From Octopus vulgaris (lineage: Eukaryota), in contig OX597834.1 in the NCBI GenBank assembly GCA_951406725.2, positions 14,570,001 through 14,634,000 of the forward strand: a DNA stretch of 64,000 nt, written 5' to 3'. The position numbers and the translations under genes are program-made. The notes below the pieces were generated by a model, which did not search any database, had not been told where the DNA came from, and saw only the letters and a list, made by a program, of their open reading frames with translations. This document shows positions 42,961 through 58,397 of the stretch, piece after piece (positions within the stretch are counted from its first letter, which is position 1; every line of letters starts with the position of its first letter).

Positions 42961-43377
42961 GAGAGATAATTATAAATATATATGTATACGCATTATTAGC
43001 TAATATTAACGAAATGATTATTGGAGTTTGTCGTTTCATTTCGTTTATTTTAAATGCCTGCATTTCATATAACATGAGGAAATATCTAATACATTTTGGG
43101 GTGCGAGGGTGTGATAGTCAAATTTCAGTACATATACAAAAAAAAAAAAGTTCTAATAATAATCAAAATTCAGAAAATAAAATAAAACAGAAACGAACGT
43201 ATGTCAAAAAGAGATAATTTTTTTCCCCTTTACTTCGATTGCTTCGATTACACAAATTGCATTTTTTGGAAGGCTATTGAATAAGTCGAGATTATCTCTT
43301 ACAAAATACGTCTTTTTTTTCAAATCCCCAGCCTCTTAATGTTTTACCCTTTGCATTAACACTTTTTTCAAGAAAGT

Positions 43378-43393
43378 ATCATCATCGTCACTG

Positions 43394-43441
<48 letters not shown>

Positions 43442-43469
43442 CCATCATATAGATGGTGATATATATTAC

Positions 43470-43512
<43 letters not shown>

Positions 43513-43785
43513 GTTGTTGTTGTTGTCGTTGTTGTTTTTTGCGCGCCCTTGATGGCAAACGTTATAAACAAGCACTTTATATGCAAAGAATTCTATTGTC
43601 TAAGACAAAAAAGTAATAAAAATGAGGGAAGAAAAACCGTATTTTCTATTTCAATTTCTATACATCTCATGTTAAAGACGTCATCACCTTATTCCTGTAA
43701 AGAAGTTTCTGGTTCACTATTTCGAAAATTTACCATTAACTTTTCAGAATTCTATTATTATTATTATCAACATCATCATCATCAA

Positions 43786-43839
<54 letters not shown>

Positions 43840-43879
43840 TTATTATTGTTGTTGTTTTCGTTATTATTATTATTATTAT

Positions 43880-43924
<45 letters not shown>

Positions 43925-44190
43925 AAGTAGTAGTAGTTGTTGTTGTATTAGTAGTAGTATTAGTAGTATCATTATCATCATCATCATCATCATCATCAAT
44001 ATTATCATTATTATTATTGTTATTATTATCATTATTATCATCATCATCATCATCATTATTATTAATGTTATTATTATCATCACCATCATCACTGTTATTA
44101 TCATTAATATTATTATCATTATCAGTAGTGGTTGTAGTAGTAGCACCAGCAGTCACAGATGTGGCTGTCGTTGCTGTAGTTGTTGTAGTC
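43378..44190. repeat. Compound trinucleotide microsatellites (CAT/ATT/GTT/TAG)n
   Basis: Directly visible; interrupted by about 200 bp of unique sequence. Confidence 0.9.
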
Positions 44191-44384
44191 CACTGTGCTG
44201 TTGGTGTTATTTAAGCGTGTTTTTACTGGATATTTTGACACGTAAATCCTAGGTGAATAAAATGTTGATAGGATAAAACTAGTTAGTAGGGGAGATTGTA
44301 CTTTTTTTCCCAGCGATAGAAATTGAATGAATAATAAAAATAAAAATTATAAGCACACACACTAACACTCACATGAACACAAAG

Positions 44385-45100
<716 letters not shown>

Positions 45101-45724
45101 ATACATACAATGCGAACCACATCTAAATGAAAGACAAATAAAAGGCAAAATTAGTATATAAAAATAAGAGAAAAACAGCAGAAGAGTATGTGGAATATAA
45201 AAATAAGGAAAAACAATGAAAAATATTCAAACAAACGAGAAACTTCCTTGCAAAATGAAGCTTTGCGAAACTAATGCTTTACGTGATTTCATCTAAAATA
45301 AAGATGGCCACCATTGTCGATTGAGGCGTCTCTCCTCAGGCATAAATGGAAGGCCGATAGGAACACTTGCTTTTTATTGTGTTTACACATACGAGCATGC
45401 ATACATTTGATATATAAGGTACACACAAACACGCACATACATTGGTGCATATATAAATATATATTATATATATATATATATATATATGTGTGTGGGTGTT
45501 TGTGTGTATTCATATATAATATATATATGTATATGTATATGTATATATATACATTCACCTGTATATATACATATCTGTTACGTAAGTATATATACACATT
45601 CGGTATGTATGGAAGGACGGATGCATGTTAAAGTGGGTACATACGTGGTTTTTGTATAAATGTATAAATCTGCTTGCTACTGGTATTTTACTTGTGTGGT
45701 CGAGATTGTGTATCTGCATGTACG

Positions 45725-45778
<54 letters not shown>

Positions 45779-45905
45779 AAGAAGAAGAAAGAGAAAATGG
45801 AATTTGGGAAGTTAACTGATATATATATGTGTATATACACGAAGAAGAAGGAGAAGAAGAAGAGGAAGAAGAGGAGGAAGAAGGGAAAGAAAATGGAAAT
45901 TGGGA

Positions 45906-45954
<49 letters not shown>

Positions 45955-47479
45955 GTATGATTTCCAAATGGAACGTGATAATGTTTTATGGATAAAAATT
46001 TCAATTTAAGTGTGTGCTACGTTGAGTAAATGCAGTCTATAGATCACACTTCACGGGTCGAAACATCGCATCCACAGGCATCAGCATTGCTTTTGCTGAG
46101 AAAAGTGCCTTATAACATTCAGCAGAAAATACTTATTGCTGCTTCGCTATATCAGACAAGTAAATAAAACTACCATCGTATGTGTCATTGTATGGGATTC
46201 GTACCATTTATATGAAGAATAAAATATATAATATTATGCTTTAACTAAGTATATATGGGTACCAGAACGTTGTTAAAGGGGGAATTTACTATGCTTGACC
46301 AGGCTGTAGAATACGTGCACACTCATAAATAAAATTCTGCGTTTATGCAGATGTCGAGGTGCGAGCATTTATATGTGTGTATCTCTTTACTTTTAATTAT
46401 TTGAAGATTAGTTCTTATAACCTTAAAACACTCCCTGATTGTAATGTAGATAATAATATTAAATGTCAAATGTTGCACCTCACAAATGTTTCGCATATTT
46501 TTACTATTCCGCTTACAGATTTTAAATGTAATGCATGAGTTAGCTCCTTCATTCTGCCCTTCCGTTCTCACATTGCAATTTACACATTTACTAAGAAAAC
46601 AATTTAATCCAATTTTTAATGCATTAAATTCTTAATATATACTTACCTTTGGATGCGGCAAGCACGCAGAATCCTTAACCGGCCAAAATGCTCAGTGGCA
46701 TTTAGTCCATCAAATTTCGCCGGGATCGACTTTTCCCTTCATCCTTTCGGGGACGATAAAGTAAGTACCAGGTGAACACTGCAGTCGATGTAATAGACTC
46801 AGTACCGCGATCGAAATGTATGATATCATGCCAAAATTTGAAACCAATCTATAACAGGATTATAAAAACTGAACATTTTCAATCAGTTGTCTGTAGTCAT
46901 ATTTTTACTATTATTTAAGAAGCAATATATTCACAGAAGCAGGAAAGCTCATCTCTATATATCGTTGCATACATCTTCAAGTCTGTCCCAAGAAAATGTG
47001 TGTATCTGGCTAGTTATGATTGCACAGGACAGAAGATAAAAAGGGCGATAACATAGCTATCTAATGGTCTGTACGCATATATATAATATTGATATTTAGC
47101 GGAAGTGAAAAAGTGATCAATCTCCGAGGGCACTTTTCAAATTCGTCACAGATCGAAGGTCTGCGAGTTTGTATAGTTTTTGATTAATTTGCTTCTGGAT
47201 TGTTCTAGATGATTAACTCTAGAATAATCCACACGGAAATCTATCAGTAATTATATAATCTCACAGGCCTTCGAGCTATGACAAGTTTGAATTCTGGCAT
47301 CGCACGAAAATTGAGCGGCTCAGATATTGAGCGGCTCAGTTACTCCTAAATACTGTTAAATATTCATAAAAATATACATAAACTCATATTTTGAGTTCTC
47401 TTTTATATTTGTATCAACCGCCCTCTTCCAAATGATAAACATGGAGAAGGATATATGATGATCTGGGAGGGCAATATCT

Positions 47480-47900
47480 TGGAAGAATTAATAGTCAAGA
47501 TTATTTAAGCATTTTATCTGATCAAATTCGTCCCATGGTTGTGGAACTGTTTCCGGAGAGAAATGCAATTATTCAGGATGATAATGCACCAATTCACAGA
47601 GCTAAAGTTGTTACTGACTGACACAAGGAATATTCTAGCATAGTTGAATATCTTATCTGGCCACCACTCTCCCCACATCTCGATAATATTATGGTGGATT
47701 TTAGTAAAACAAGTAAGTAGTCGAGGCTGTTTCAGCTGAAGAATGGACAAAAATTTCTATGGAAACAACTCAAACTTTGTACGATTCAATACCTCGTAGA
47801 ATTCAAGCTGTAATTACTGCCAAAGGCAGTCGTATCCTGTATTAAGATAAATTTGTATGAAATTTTAAGGAGTTTCTATTAATTTTCTCCAACCCCTGTA
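47480..47900 (+). mobile_element. Decayed Tc1 (DD34E) element, 3' part
   Basis: INSQDYLSILSDQIRPMVVELFPERNAIIQDDNAPIHRAKVVTD*..LIWPPLSPHL; ends CCAACCCCTGTA (TIR plus TA). Confidence 0.85.
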
Positions 47901-48015
47901 TGACTATTGTGCGTGTATTAAACTATATATATATATATGTGTGTGTGTGTGTATGTATGCATATCCATATATGCACACACATACTCGTGGGTGTGTGTCT
48001 CTGCATGTGTGTATG

Positions 48016-48055
<40 letters not shown>

Positions 48056-48926
48056 CTGAAGTTGTTTCAATGCTAGTTAGTAATTCTGTAACGAATTTCA
48101 GTATGTTATGAAACAGCTGTAGCCGATTATCTATTTATGTATGTACGTATATATGTATGCATGGATGTATGTAATTGTTCAGTTTTATTTCAAGATTTCT
48201 TGCCAATTGAGAAAGAGCCGGTTTCTAAGCTAGATCCAAATCTCCTTCATTGGAATTTCAACATCAGCAATATGGTATTTTTGTTTGTATATACGCATGT
48301 ATGTATATGTGAAATGTATTCATTTTTCTATGTATGTATACTTGCAAGAACACACACTATATTTTAAACAGGATGCCAAATTAAATGAAAATGAATAACT
48401 CTTCTCATGGCAAAATATTTCACGCAGCAGTAAGCTTATATAAAATGATAAACATTTAAAATTTATGACCTTACTTCTTAGGGACGGCAGATGTATTCAT
48501 ATATCTCTGCAGGTATGAACGTAAATCTTGTAGGAATTACATGTATTTTGTGAATAAATGTGCTGCATAAAATACTATAATCACCTTTTACGTTTGCAGT
48601 CATTCAGCCGTATCTTAAATGCGTTACTCTTACTGCTCGTAAAAATCTATGGACGTCGCTGCCATTTGTTTTCGTGGCTGCATTCTGTTTGGTAGTGTCG
48701 CTTAGAGACACGGAGGATATGATGATGTGTGTGTAGCGGCGTTTGAAAGTAGTTTGCTGAGTGTGTCTGTGTGTACGTTTCTGAGTATGAATGTATGCAT
48801 GTATCCGTGTATGTGTCTCATGGGCATGTGTGTTCGCATGAGCGTGTATATGTATATTTGAATATCTCTGTACATAGTTATATATATATATATATGTATG
48901 TATACATGTATATATATATATATATA

Positions 48927-49008
<82 letters not shown>

Positions 49009-49394
49009 ACATACAAACACTCCCTCTCTCAATCTATCTCTCTATCTATCTATCCATCTCTCTACCTGTGTATCTCTGGAAGATGCGGCCATGCTGGGAC
49101 ACCGTTATTGGCTTTGCATAATTTCCGTTAAACCTCTTTGATATATACTATTTATATACATGTGTACTGACATTTCCATGTTACACACACACACATATAT
49201 AGACATATGGATATACATATATACATATACATATATATATACACATATATAAAGGTTTCAGTATATAAATGTACCTACATATGTATATATATATACCTAT
49301 ATATATATATATGTGTGTGTGTATGTATATATATATATATATATATTTGCATACATGAGGCATGCATACATGAAAATCTTACGCTTCCATAAGG

Positions 49395-49470
<76 letters not shown>

Positions 49471-49914
49471 CAGGCACTTTGACCCGTCTGTTAACCGTTG
49501 CCGTTGCCTTGTGCGATATGTACACTTGAGGAATGCCATGGTTCAAATGACTTGCATATTCTCATTTGACAAAAAAAATCTACCGATGTATGATTATGTC
49601 GGTTTTGCCTGGATGAATCTGAGCATTCGGTATATTATCTGTTGACCCTGCTGTTTTATTTTTACGTTACATAATATAGATTTATAGATTTAGTTTTTCG
49701 TTTGTTTAACTTGTTTTTTTTTTAATGCTGTCTCTTGTGATATATTCCTGAAATTATATTTTTCTCTTTCGTGCACACGGTATGTAGAATTATGAAAGTT
49801 TTGCGCATCACAGTTCGGCCTGCGGTTTCATAAATCTTATCACAAAATTGCGTTCAATGAAAAGGACACGGCATACTTAGATATAGCCGTTATGTAATAT
49901 TTTGCGCTGTGAAA

Positions 49915-50250
49915 GGCAGCGAGGTAGCAGAGACGTAATTACGCCGGGTAAAATGCATAGCAGTATTTTATGTCTTTATGTTCTGAGATCAAATTTCGCA
50001 GAGGTCGACTTTGCGTTTCCTCCTTTCGGGGTCGATAGAGTAAGTACCAGTTGGGTACATGGGTTCGATCTAATCGACTGGCCCCCTACCCCAAAATTTT
50101 GGGCCTTGTGGCTATTGTAGAAAAGAATAATTTGCGCTGTGCGAGGCGGCGATCAAGCAGAAACGATAAATTGAGTACCATTATCGTACTGGGGTCCATC
50201 TAATCGATTGGACCCCTCTCTAGAAAGTTTCGGCCTTGGGTTAGAGTAGA
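49915..50250 (+). mobile_element. SINE family C copy plus a deleted second copy
   Basis: GAGGTCGACTTTGCGTTTCCTCCTTTCGGGGTCGATAGAGTAAGTACCAG domain and tail GCCTTGTG..GTAGAAAAGAATAAT. Confidence 0.75.
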
Positions 50251-50304
50251 AAAAAAACACACAATCCAAAGAAGTATATTCATCCCAAAAAAGATAATCG
50301 TGTC

Positions 50305-50628
50305 TGTTTGGTTGTGCTGCGTTGGTGTCATCTACCATATTCACCAGACCTTGCACCAACTGACTATCATGTTTTCCAGACACCAGAGAACTTTTTGAAA
50401 AAAGGAAAAAGCTTCAAATCTGAAGAAGATGCAAAAACAGACGTTCGTGATTCCATCACCTCTTGCTCTGCAGAAATCTTTGCTGCCGGCATAAATAAGC
50501 TACCGATAAAATGGCAAAAGTGTGACAATTTAGGTGCAAATTTTGATTAACTGCATTGCTTTTTATTGAGGTAATTTAAAATAAACTTTCAGTTCAAAGT
50601 GGGAAATCTCATTCGTAATAACCTGGTA
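50305..50628 (+). mobile_element. Mariner (DD34D) transposase C-terminal fragment with right TIR
   Basis: HLPYSPDLAPTDYHVF..GKSFKSEED..FAAGINKLPIKWQKC..GANFD* (ORF 50308..50550); ends AATAACCTGGTA. Confidence 0.9.
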
Positions 50629-50850
50629 TACATACATACACACATACATACATACATACATACATACATACACACACACACATACATATACACACACACA
50701 AACACACACACATATATATATATTATGAATGCCTTTGTATTCATGATATAGCCTACTGGTTTTTCTTTCTTTTTCAGTTGAAATACATGACGTTTGATTT
50801 CGAAAGACACATTATTGAGTGCGAACGGCTGGAACTTCCGGAATGGAATA

Positions 50851-51243
50851 TCTCTTTACTCTTTTACTTTTTTACTTGTTTCAGTCATTTGACTGCGGCC
50901 ATGCTGGAGCACCGCCTTTAGTGGAGCAAATCGACCCCCGGGACTTATTCTTTGTAAGCCCAGTACTCTTTTGCCGAACCGCTAAGTGACGGGGACGTAA
51001 ACACACCAGCATCGGTTGTCAAGCAATGCTAGGGGGACAAACACAACCACACACACATACATACACATATATATACATATATACGACAGGCTTCTTTCAG
51101 TTTCCGTCTACCAAATCCACTCACAAGGCATTGGTCGGCCCGGGGCTATAGCAGAAGACACTTGCCCAAGATGCCACGCAGTGGGACTGAACCCGGAACC
51201 ATGTGGTTGTATAGCAAGCTACTTACCACACAGCCATTCCTGC
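50851..51243 (-). mobile_element. SINE family A copy
   Basis: Full-length match with a small internal deletion. Confidence 0.9.
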
Positions 51244-51484
51244 ATTATTTAACATTTCAAGATGTAGTTTCGAAAATCATAGCATTCCGAAGCTAAAGTA
51301 AAACAATCTCGACAGAATCATGGTCCCTACCAGGAAGTATGAAGGCTGGTCCGTGACAAATAAAAGTAAAAGAGTAAACGAGTAACGTCTGAATGCACGG
51401 GAAACTTTAAACGCATTAGATTTAACTACAATTTAAAATTAACATATATTAACATATATTAACATAAAATTAACATAAGTCACA

Positions 51485-51755
51485 TCTCTTCCCTGGTCAT
51501 TTCTATACAGACTTGCATGGTGTAGATGTGGGTTTCTTTAAAACTTAACTGGATCTCTTCTTGTGGGGGGGGGGTCCCAGATGAACCTACCTCACGGCAG
51601 GAGACACAGATGCGGGCAGCGGCATCGAACTCCCTTGTTGACCAACTGCCACGTATCAGAGGTGGATTCACATATTAGTGTAGCTCATTCAGCGGTGGTG
51701 CCCCAGCATGGCAGCAGCCTTCGGGCTGAAACATTTTAAAGGATTTTTAAGGATA
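51485..51755 (+). mobile_element. 3' end of a CR1-like LINE (ORF2 C-terminus plus 3' UTR)
   Basis: Reads ..GVPDEPTSRQETQMRAAASNSLVDQLPRIRGGFTY*, resembling invertebrate CR1-group ORF2 ends (recalled); UTR GGTGCCCCAGCATGGCAGCAGCCTTCGGGCTGAAAC plus a short repeated tail. Confidence 0.7.
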
Positions 51756-52104
51756 CTCTCCACCGATGTGATTCCTGGATTTGCAGAAGGACGGTGAGGT
51801 TAGCCGCTAACTCTTAAATGCTGTCATTTTTTATAGCATACAAAAAGACAGAATATCTGTGCCATCGTATCTCCATTGAAACAGGAAAACTTCATAATTA
51901 TAACGTTTCTTTTCGCAGGACTAATGTCTACAAAAGACATTAGCTACGTCTTCAAAGTCAAAATATTTGTGTCACACTTCATCTGTTGCGAAAAGCCTGT
52001 GTATCAGAATGGACAGCTGTCAACAGAGTCATAACGAATACGCAAACTGCCTATTGAAATTTGATTGACGTTCGCGACATCATCGCAGAGAGATATTGAT
52101 GAGG

Positions 52105-52185
52105 GCGCTGGTGGTGGTGGTGGTGATGGTGCTGGTGCTGCTGGTAATGATGTTATTGATGATGGTGGTGATAACTGTATTTACA

Positions 52186-52283
<98 letters not shown>

Positions 52284-52306
52284 CATTATTATTATTATTA
52301 TTATCA

Positions 52307-52388
<82 letters not shown>

Positions 52389-52870
52389 CATTATTATTAT
52401 CATTATTATCATTATTATTATTATTATTATCATTATTATTATCATCATTATTATTATCATTATTATTATTATTATTATCATTATTATTATTATTATTATT
52501 ATTTATATTGTTGTTGCTTTCTTGTTGTTCATTTTGAAGCTGTAATGTGGTTGTTGTTGTTGATGGTGGTGGTGGTGGTGGTGGTGCTAGTGGTGCTGGT
52601 GCTACTGGTAATGATGTTATTGATGATGGTGGTGATAACTGTATTTACAATTATTATTATTATCATCATCATTATTATCATTATTATCGTTATTATTATT
52701 ATTATTATTATCATCATTATTATTATTATCATTATTATTATTATTATCATCATTATTATTATTATCATCCTTATTATTATTATTATTATCATTATTATCA
52801 TTATTTATATTGTTGTCGTTTTCTTGTTGTTCATTTTGAAACTGTGATGTTGTTGTTGTTGTTGTTGTTG
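52105..52870. repeat. Tandem duplication of a microsatellite-containing unit
   Basis: CTGGTAATGATGTTATTGATGATGGTGGTGATAACTGTATTTACAA-(ATT)n-TTTATATTGTTGT..TTCTTGTTGTTCATTTTGAA occurs twice with different (ATT)n lengths. Confidence 0.9.
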
Positions 52871-53119
52871 ATGGTGGTGGTGGTGGTGGTGGTGGTGGTG
52901 GTGGTGGTGGTAACTGCTGCTGATCATGCTATTTTTGTTTTAAGCAACGTTCGAGCTGCTGCTGCGGCTCCTACTGCTAATGCTGTCTGTAATATTGTTT
53001 GATGTGTTGAACGATGTGGTCTTCTTTTGACATCTCAGAAAAAGGTGAGACAATTCATACATATATAAATACATTACAATATATACACATATACATATAC
53101 ATATATATATATATACATA

Positions 53120-53150
<31 letters not shown>

Positions 53151-53297
53151 GCATACATACATACTTGTAAATATATACATATATGTATACATACATACAC
53201 ACACATATACATCACACATTTATCTGTCATTCTATATATCCATCTATGTCTCTCTCTCTCCCCATGTACATATGTGTGTATATACATATATACATAT

Positions 53298-53335
<38 letters not shown>

Positions 53336-53348
53336 GTATATATATATA

Positions 53349-53440
<92 letters not shown>

Positions 53441-53881
53441 TAGACACATACATCAACATACTCATACGTATATGACCATATATGTGCGTGAGTATAGCGA
53501 CATCACAATTATTCAACTTGTATTCTGTCAGATCATAATACCATATCAACTCTGCTGTCAACATAATATAACTGTCTTCTGATTTATATACTTGATTCTG
53601 ACATATTTTTAATAACTCTTTTATACGATGCATTATTTAGAAAACTACAATACAAACTTACTGCATTTTTTATATATATTTTACAAGAATGACCATTAGT
53701 ATATATATTTTTTTTTACTTAACTAACGTATAGTTTGACAATATATTTTGCACAAAATGTCACTTGACAGAATACGTTGTTGCCAGAGAGTCCGAGTGTT
53801 ATTTCTGATACATTCATTACCATTATATACGATTTGAGTTCGAATACCGTGAAGGAAAAATTATAATTTGGTTGTTTCAAT

Positions 53882-54533
53882 CGTCTGCATGCAATCGAAT
53901 ATCTAAACACATATACCAGTTCATATATAGTAGCGTATAAGCAATTTAAGTATTTATACACGAAAGTGGTGACTTTTGACAGGACAATTTACATGCTAGC
54001 AGGGGCAGTCAAAGACCAAACTTCAATAAGCTCCTAGACGTATGATGAGTTCGTTTTCGTGACTTTTTCTTAAATTCTGAAGTAAATCGGATGTTGTTAG
54101 TCCTGGAAACGGTTGGGTTGTATTTGTCTCGAAATGATCGAAGAACCGTATACGACAGCGAAATAGCTGTATGACTTTAGCGAAAAGCTGAGGTCTGATA
54201 TTTATTATATAATTGCACATATTCTTTATGTATATATTTAATTATGAAATATATATGTACTCGTATAGACCTTATCATGAAATATAGATGTATAGATATA
54301 ATTTATTTGTGCATTGATACAGAAACCCGAGTCTGAGGAACTACAAACATAATTTTTATTTGTTCATTCCCTTTGAAATTGATCTTATTTGAGGTTTGGT
54401 CTTTGACTGCCCTTGTTAGCCTGTAAGGTGTCCTGTCAAAAGTCACCTCTCTCGTGTATGAATACTTAAATTGCTTATACGCTATTATATATGAACTGGT
54501 ATATGTGCTTATACATTCGTGTGCATGCAGTCG
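53882..54533. mobile_element. MITE/foldback-like element with inverted repeats of about 150 bp
   Basis: 53882-54033 is the diverged reverse complement of 54381-54533 (for example GTGACTTTTGACAGGACA / TGTCCTGTCAAAAGTCAC and GGCAGTCAAAGACCAAAC / GTTTGGTCTTTGACTGCC). Confidence 0.8.
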
Positions 54534-54773
54534 CACGCGCATCCCGAAAACTATTTCTGAAAATATACCAATATATAACTAACAGTTATTGACTATATAT
54601 GAGGTTGCTATGTAACGCTAAGCTATCTTTCATCGTCTTTTATTTGTCTATGAAACCATGATTAAGTGCATATGTAAGCATTTATATACAAGAGGCGGGA
54701 TTAAACTGCTCAACGCATCTTTTATACTTATATGAAAATGACGAACAATTTGAAGTAATTTGGCCTGCTACTT

Positions 54774-54850
<77 letters not shown>

Positions 54851-54855
<5 letters not shown>

Positions 54856-55716
54856 TGTACGATGTGTAAATTATTGCCATTTCATATCTTTAATTTCGTG
54901 CATGCACATACCTTATTTTGGATTTTGTCGATACACAGTATAGTAGGGTCAGTTGGAAACCATGAGAAAAGCAGCACCATGACGCAATTTACTCTGGCAG
55001 AAATTTCAAGATAAAATGCTGTACTGCTAAGCATTCGGGCCGGAAACTCCAATATGAACATTTCAGACTGTTGGGTGCCAAACTCTGTCCCCCATAACAA
55101 GTACTGATAGTGATAAAATCCAAATATCCAGTTAACATCATAGTGTTTGGAGTGTTCACTAGTGATGGTGAAGTTATGCCTCCACCTATCTTCCAACAGA
55201 GCGTCAGACTCAACAAGTAGGCTTATATCAAGTGACTGGAGGAGGTAGTGATGCCATTGGGTCAAGATCGTGGCTGCTGGAAGGGATTATGTCTGGCAAC
55301 ATGACACCGTACCATGCCACACAACCAGGAGAATAGAGTCATGACTGTCAGGCAATTCCTCGATCACATCACACCTAACATCTGGACATCTAACACCCCA
55401 GACTGCAACACCGTTCATTATTATGTGTGAGGAGCAGCTGAGTGAGAGACTAACTTGTAACACTAAAGGTGAACTGAAGGCAAGTGTTATGGCAGCATTC
55501 ACCAGCTTAAAACAAGGCGTCCTGCCAAAAGAGTTGTAGATTTCGAAGGAATCTGAAGGTCGTGGTTGAGGTCAATGACGATTTTAATTGAATAAATTTA
55601 CTCATTACAATTCTAAGATAGTTTTATTTAATTTTGGTAAACATATCTGCTAAAATGAGATGCAAGTGTCATTTTCCATTTTGCGAAACCTAGACGACAA
55701 AATATTCACCACACAC

Positions 55717-55720
<4 letters not shown>
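54851..55720 (+). mobile_element. Internally deleted maT (DD37D)-like transposon with both ends
   Basis: KYPVNIIVFGVFTSDGEVMPP..AYIK*LEEVVMP..YVWQHD..PCHT..ITPNIW..PDCN; ends homologous to 860-1655; (TA)n on both flanks. Confidence 0.85.
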
Positions 55721-55781
<61 letters not shown>

Positions 55782-55787
55782 ATATGT

Positions 55788-55821
<34 letters not shown>

Positions 55822-55872
55822 GTATATATATATATGTATATATATGTGTATATATATATATGTATATATATG

Positions 55873-55935
<63 letters not shown>

Positions 55936-56466
55936 ACACGTGTCTGTGTTTGTGTGTATGCTTGTGTGTAGCAAAAGGGGCAAAATTTCAGAAGATGAAT
56001 TTTTCAGCTATACATTTATATATAAAATATATGGGAATTAAAATCAGTTTGAATATATCAACTTAAATAGACTACAAAAGACAGAAAAAGGGGCTGGAAA
56101 ATGTTGTTATAATTGCAACAGCTGTTTCTGGAGTCTCAGCGATACATAATTAGGTTGGTAGATTTAGTTTATCGCAAAAACAAAAATTAAAAAGATTTAG
56201 TTCATTGCAATATGTGAGCGTATGTATGCAATGAATATTGAATGAGACGAGGCTCCGCCATCAGAGTAGAGTAGATTTTTCCCTATTGTATTTGCTTCAA
56301 TAATAATACTGCGACAATGCTGCGGCACAACCTTGAAGGGTTTAATGGAAAGAATCGATTCCAATACTTCTTTGATAACCAAGAGATAGTGGAACCAGTT
56401 CTACTACAGTATTTTTTCTCTTCGTCTCTTTTACCGATATATAAATAAATACATAAATATATGTAT

Positions 56467-56515
<49 letters not shown>

Positions 56516-56521
56516 CAATCC

Positions 56522-56671
<150 letters not shown>

Positions 56672-56739
56672 CTTTTATATATATATATACATATTTATAT
56701 ATATATATATATACATATTTATATATATTATAAACAATG

Positions 56740-56783
<44 letters not shown>

Positions 56784-57421
56784 TGTTTATAATATCTACA
56801 ACGTCTATTGTAGATTTCAGGAAAATGAAATCGCAAATAAAATGTTCGGTTGATTCTTAGAGAGAAATATATTGAAAATTGCGGTTAATAGATACCTTGG
56901 GAGATGCGTGTCATCATAATTAAAGAGCTATTGATAATACATTGTAATAATTCCAATATTTTTTTAGAAGTGTCTTATATGAAATCTGTTTAATTCTACC
57001 AACGAAAGCAGAGAGGGGAAAAAAATGGTAAGTGCCAATAAGCGTATCAATATAATGACATATATACATATGTATTCTCTGATTTTCCTTGTGTGTATGT
57101 GTGTGTCTTTGTGTAGTGTATGTAAAGGTGTGCCTCGTCATATATATATATATATATATATATATGTATAAATATACATTTATATATATACTCATATATA
57201 TATACATATATATACATGTATATATATATAAATATACATATATAGACACACATAAATATATACACACATATATATATATATATACACATGCATATGTATA
57301 TATGTATATATACGCATCATATTTATATGGCGTACGTATATATGTATATATATGTATCAATATGTGTGTGCGTATGCGTGTTTTTTTACGACTGAGTCTG
57401 TGTGGGCAATATTCCTGTGCT

Positions 57422-57473
<52 letters not shown>

Positions 57474-57518
57474 AGTATATATATATGTATATATGTGTGA
57501 GTTTTTGTTACCGTGCCG

Positions 57519-57574
<56 letters not shown>

Positions 57575-57974
57575 TTTTATATATACACATACACGCGTCT
57601 TGGTTCTCTGTGCGTTTTTGAGAAGCAAGAATATTAAGAAACTCATTCACAACATTGAATGAGATTTCCTTAACAACTGGTGATTATTACGAAGTAATTC
57701 ACTGGTTGTCAATCCCCTCGTGGGACACTACAATTTCCAAATTGTGTTTCATAAAGTGTCATTTAGTAGAGTCTTTCATTATACACTTTATTTCAATCTG
57801 TAGCTTATTCACTGCAATAAGACAGCAGACGCTTTCTCTAAGAAATATATCGGAATGTCTTCTCTCTGAACCGTCTTTCTTCCACCATTCTCTCTTTGTC
57901 CCATGTCTCCCTCTCTCTTCACCGTTTTAATGTATGCTTGCACACATACATAAGTGTATATATGTATATGTATA

Positions 57975-58031
<57 letters not shown>

Positions 58032-58047
58032 TCGTGTGAGTATGTGC

Positions 58048-58091
<44 letters not shown>

Positions 58092-58250
58092 ATACATATA
58101 GACATAAGTAGATAGATAGATAAATGTATAGAATGTTCGTTTGCACAGTTACACTTACGTACACGCCTGTATATTTATATATTTCAAGCCATAAATATAT
58201 ATATATATGTGTGTGTGTATATATATATCATATATGTTTTTCGTACAAAT

Positions 58251-58287
<37 letters not shown>

Positions 58288-58397
58288 CACACTTACACAC
58301 ATACACACACACACACACATATATATGCACATACATACTTATATACGCAAATGTACGTATATAATATAAAAGGACAGGAGAAAATTCTAAAGCAGAA

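Noticed and set aside
51910-52035. Acceptor-like TTTTCGCAG followed by a short open frame
   Set aside because: Frame ends after about 38 codons with no recognisable motif or clear donor.
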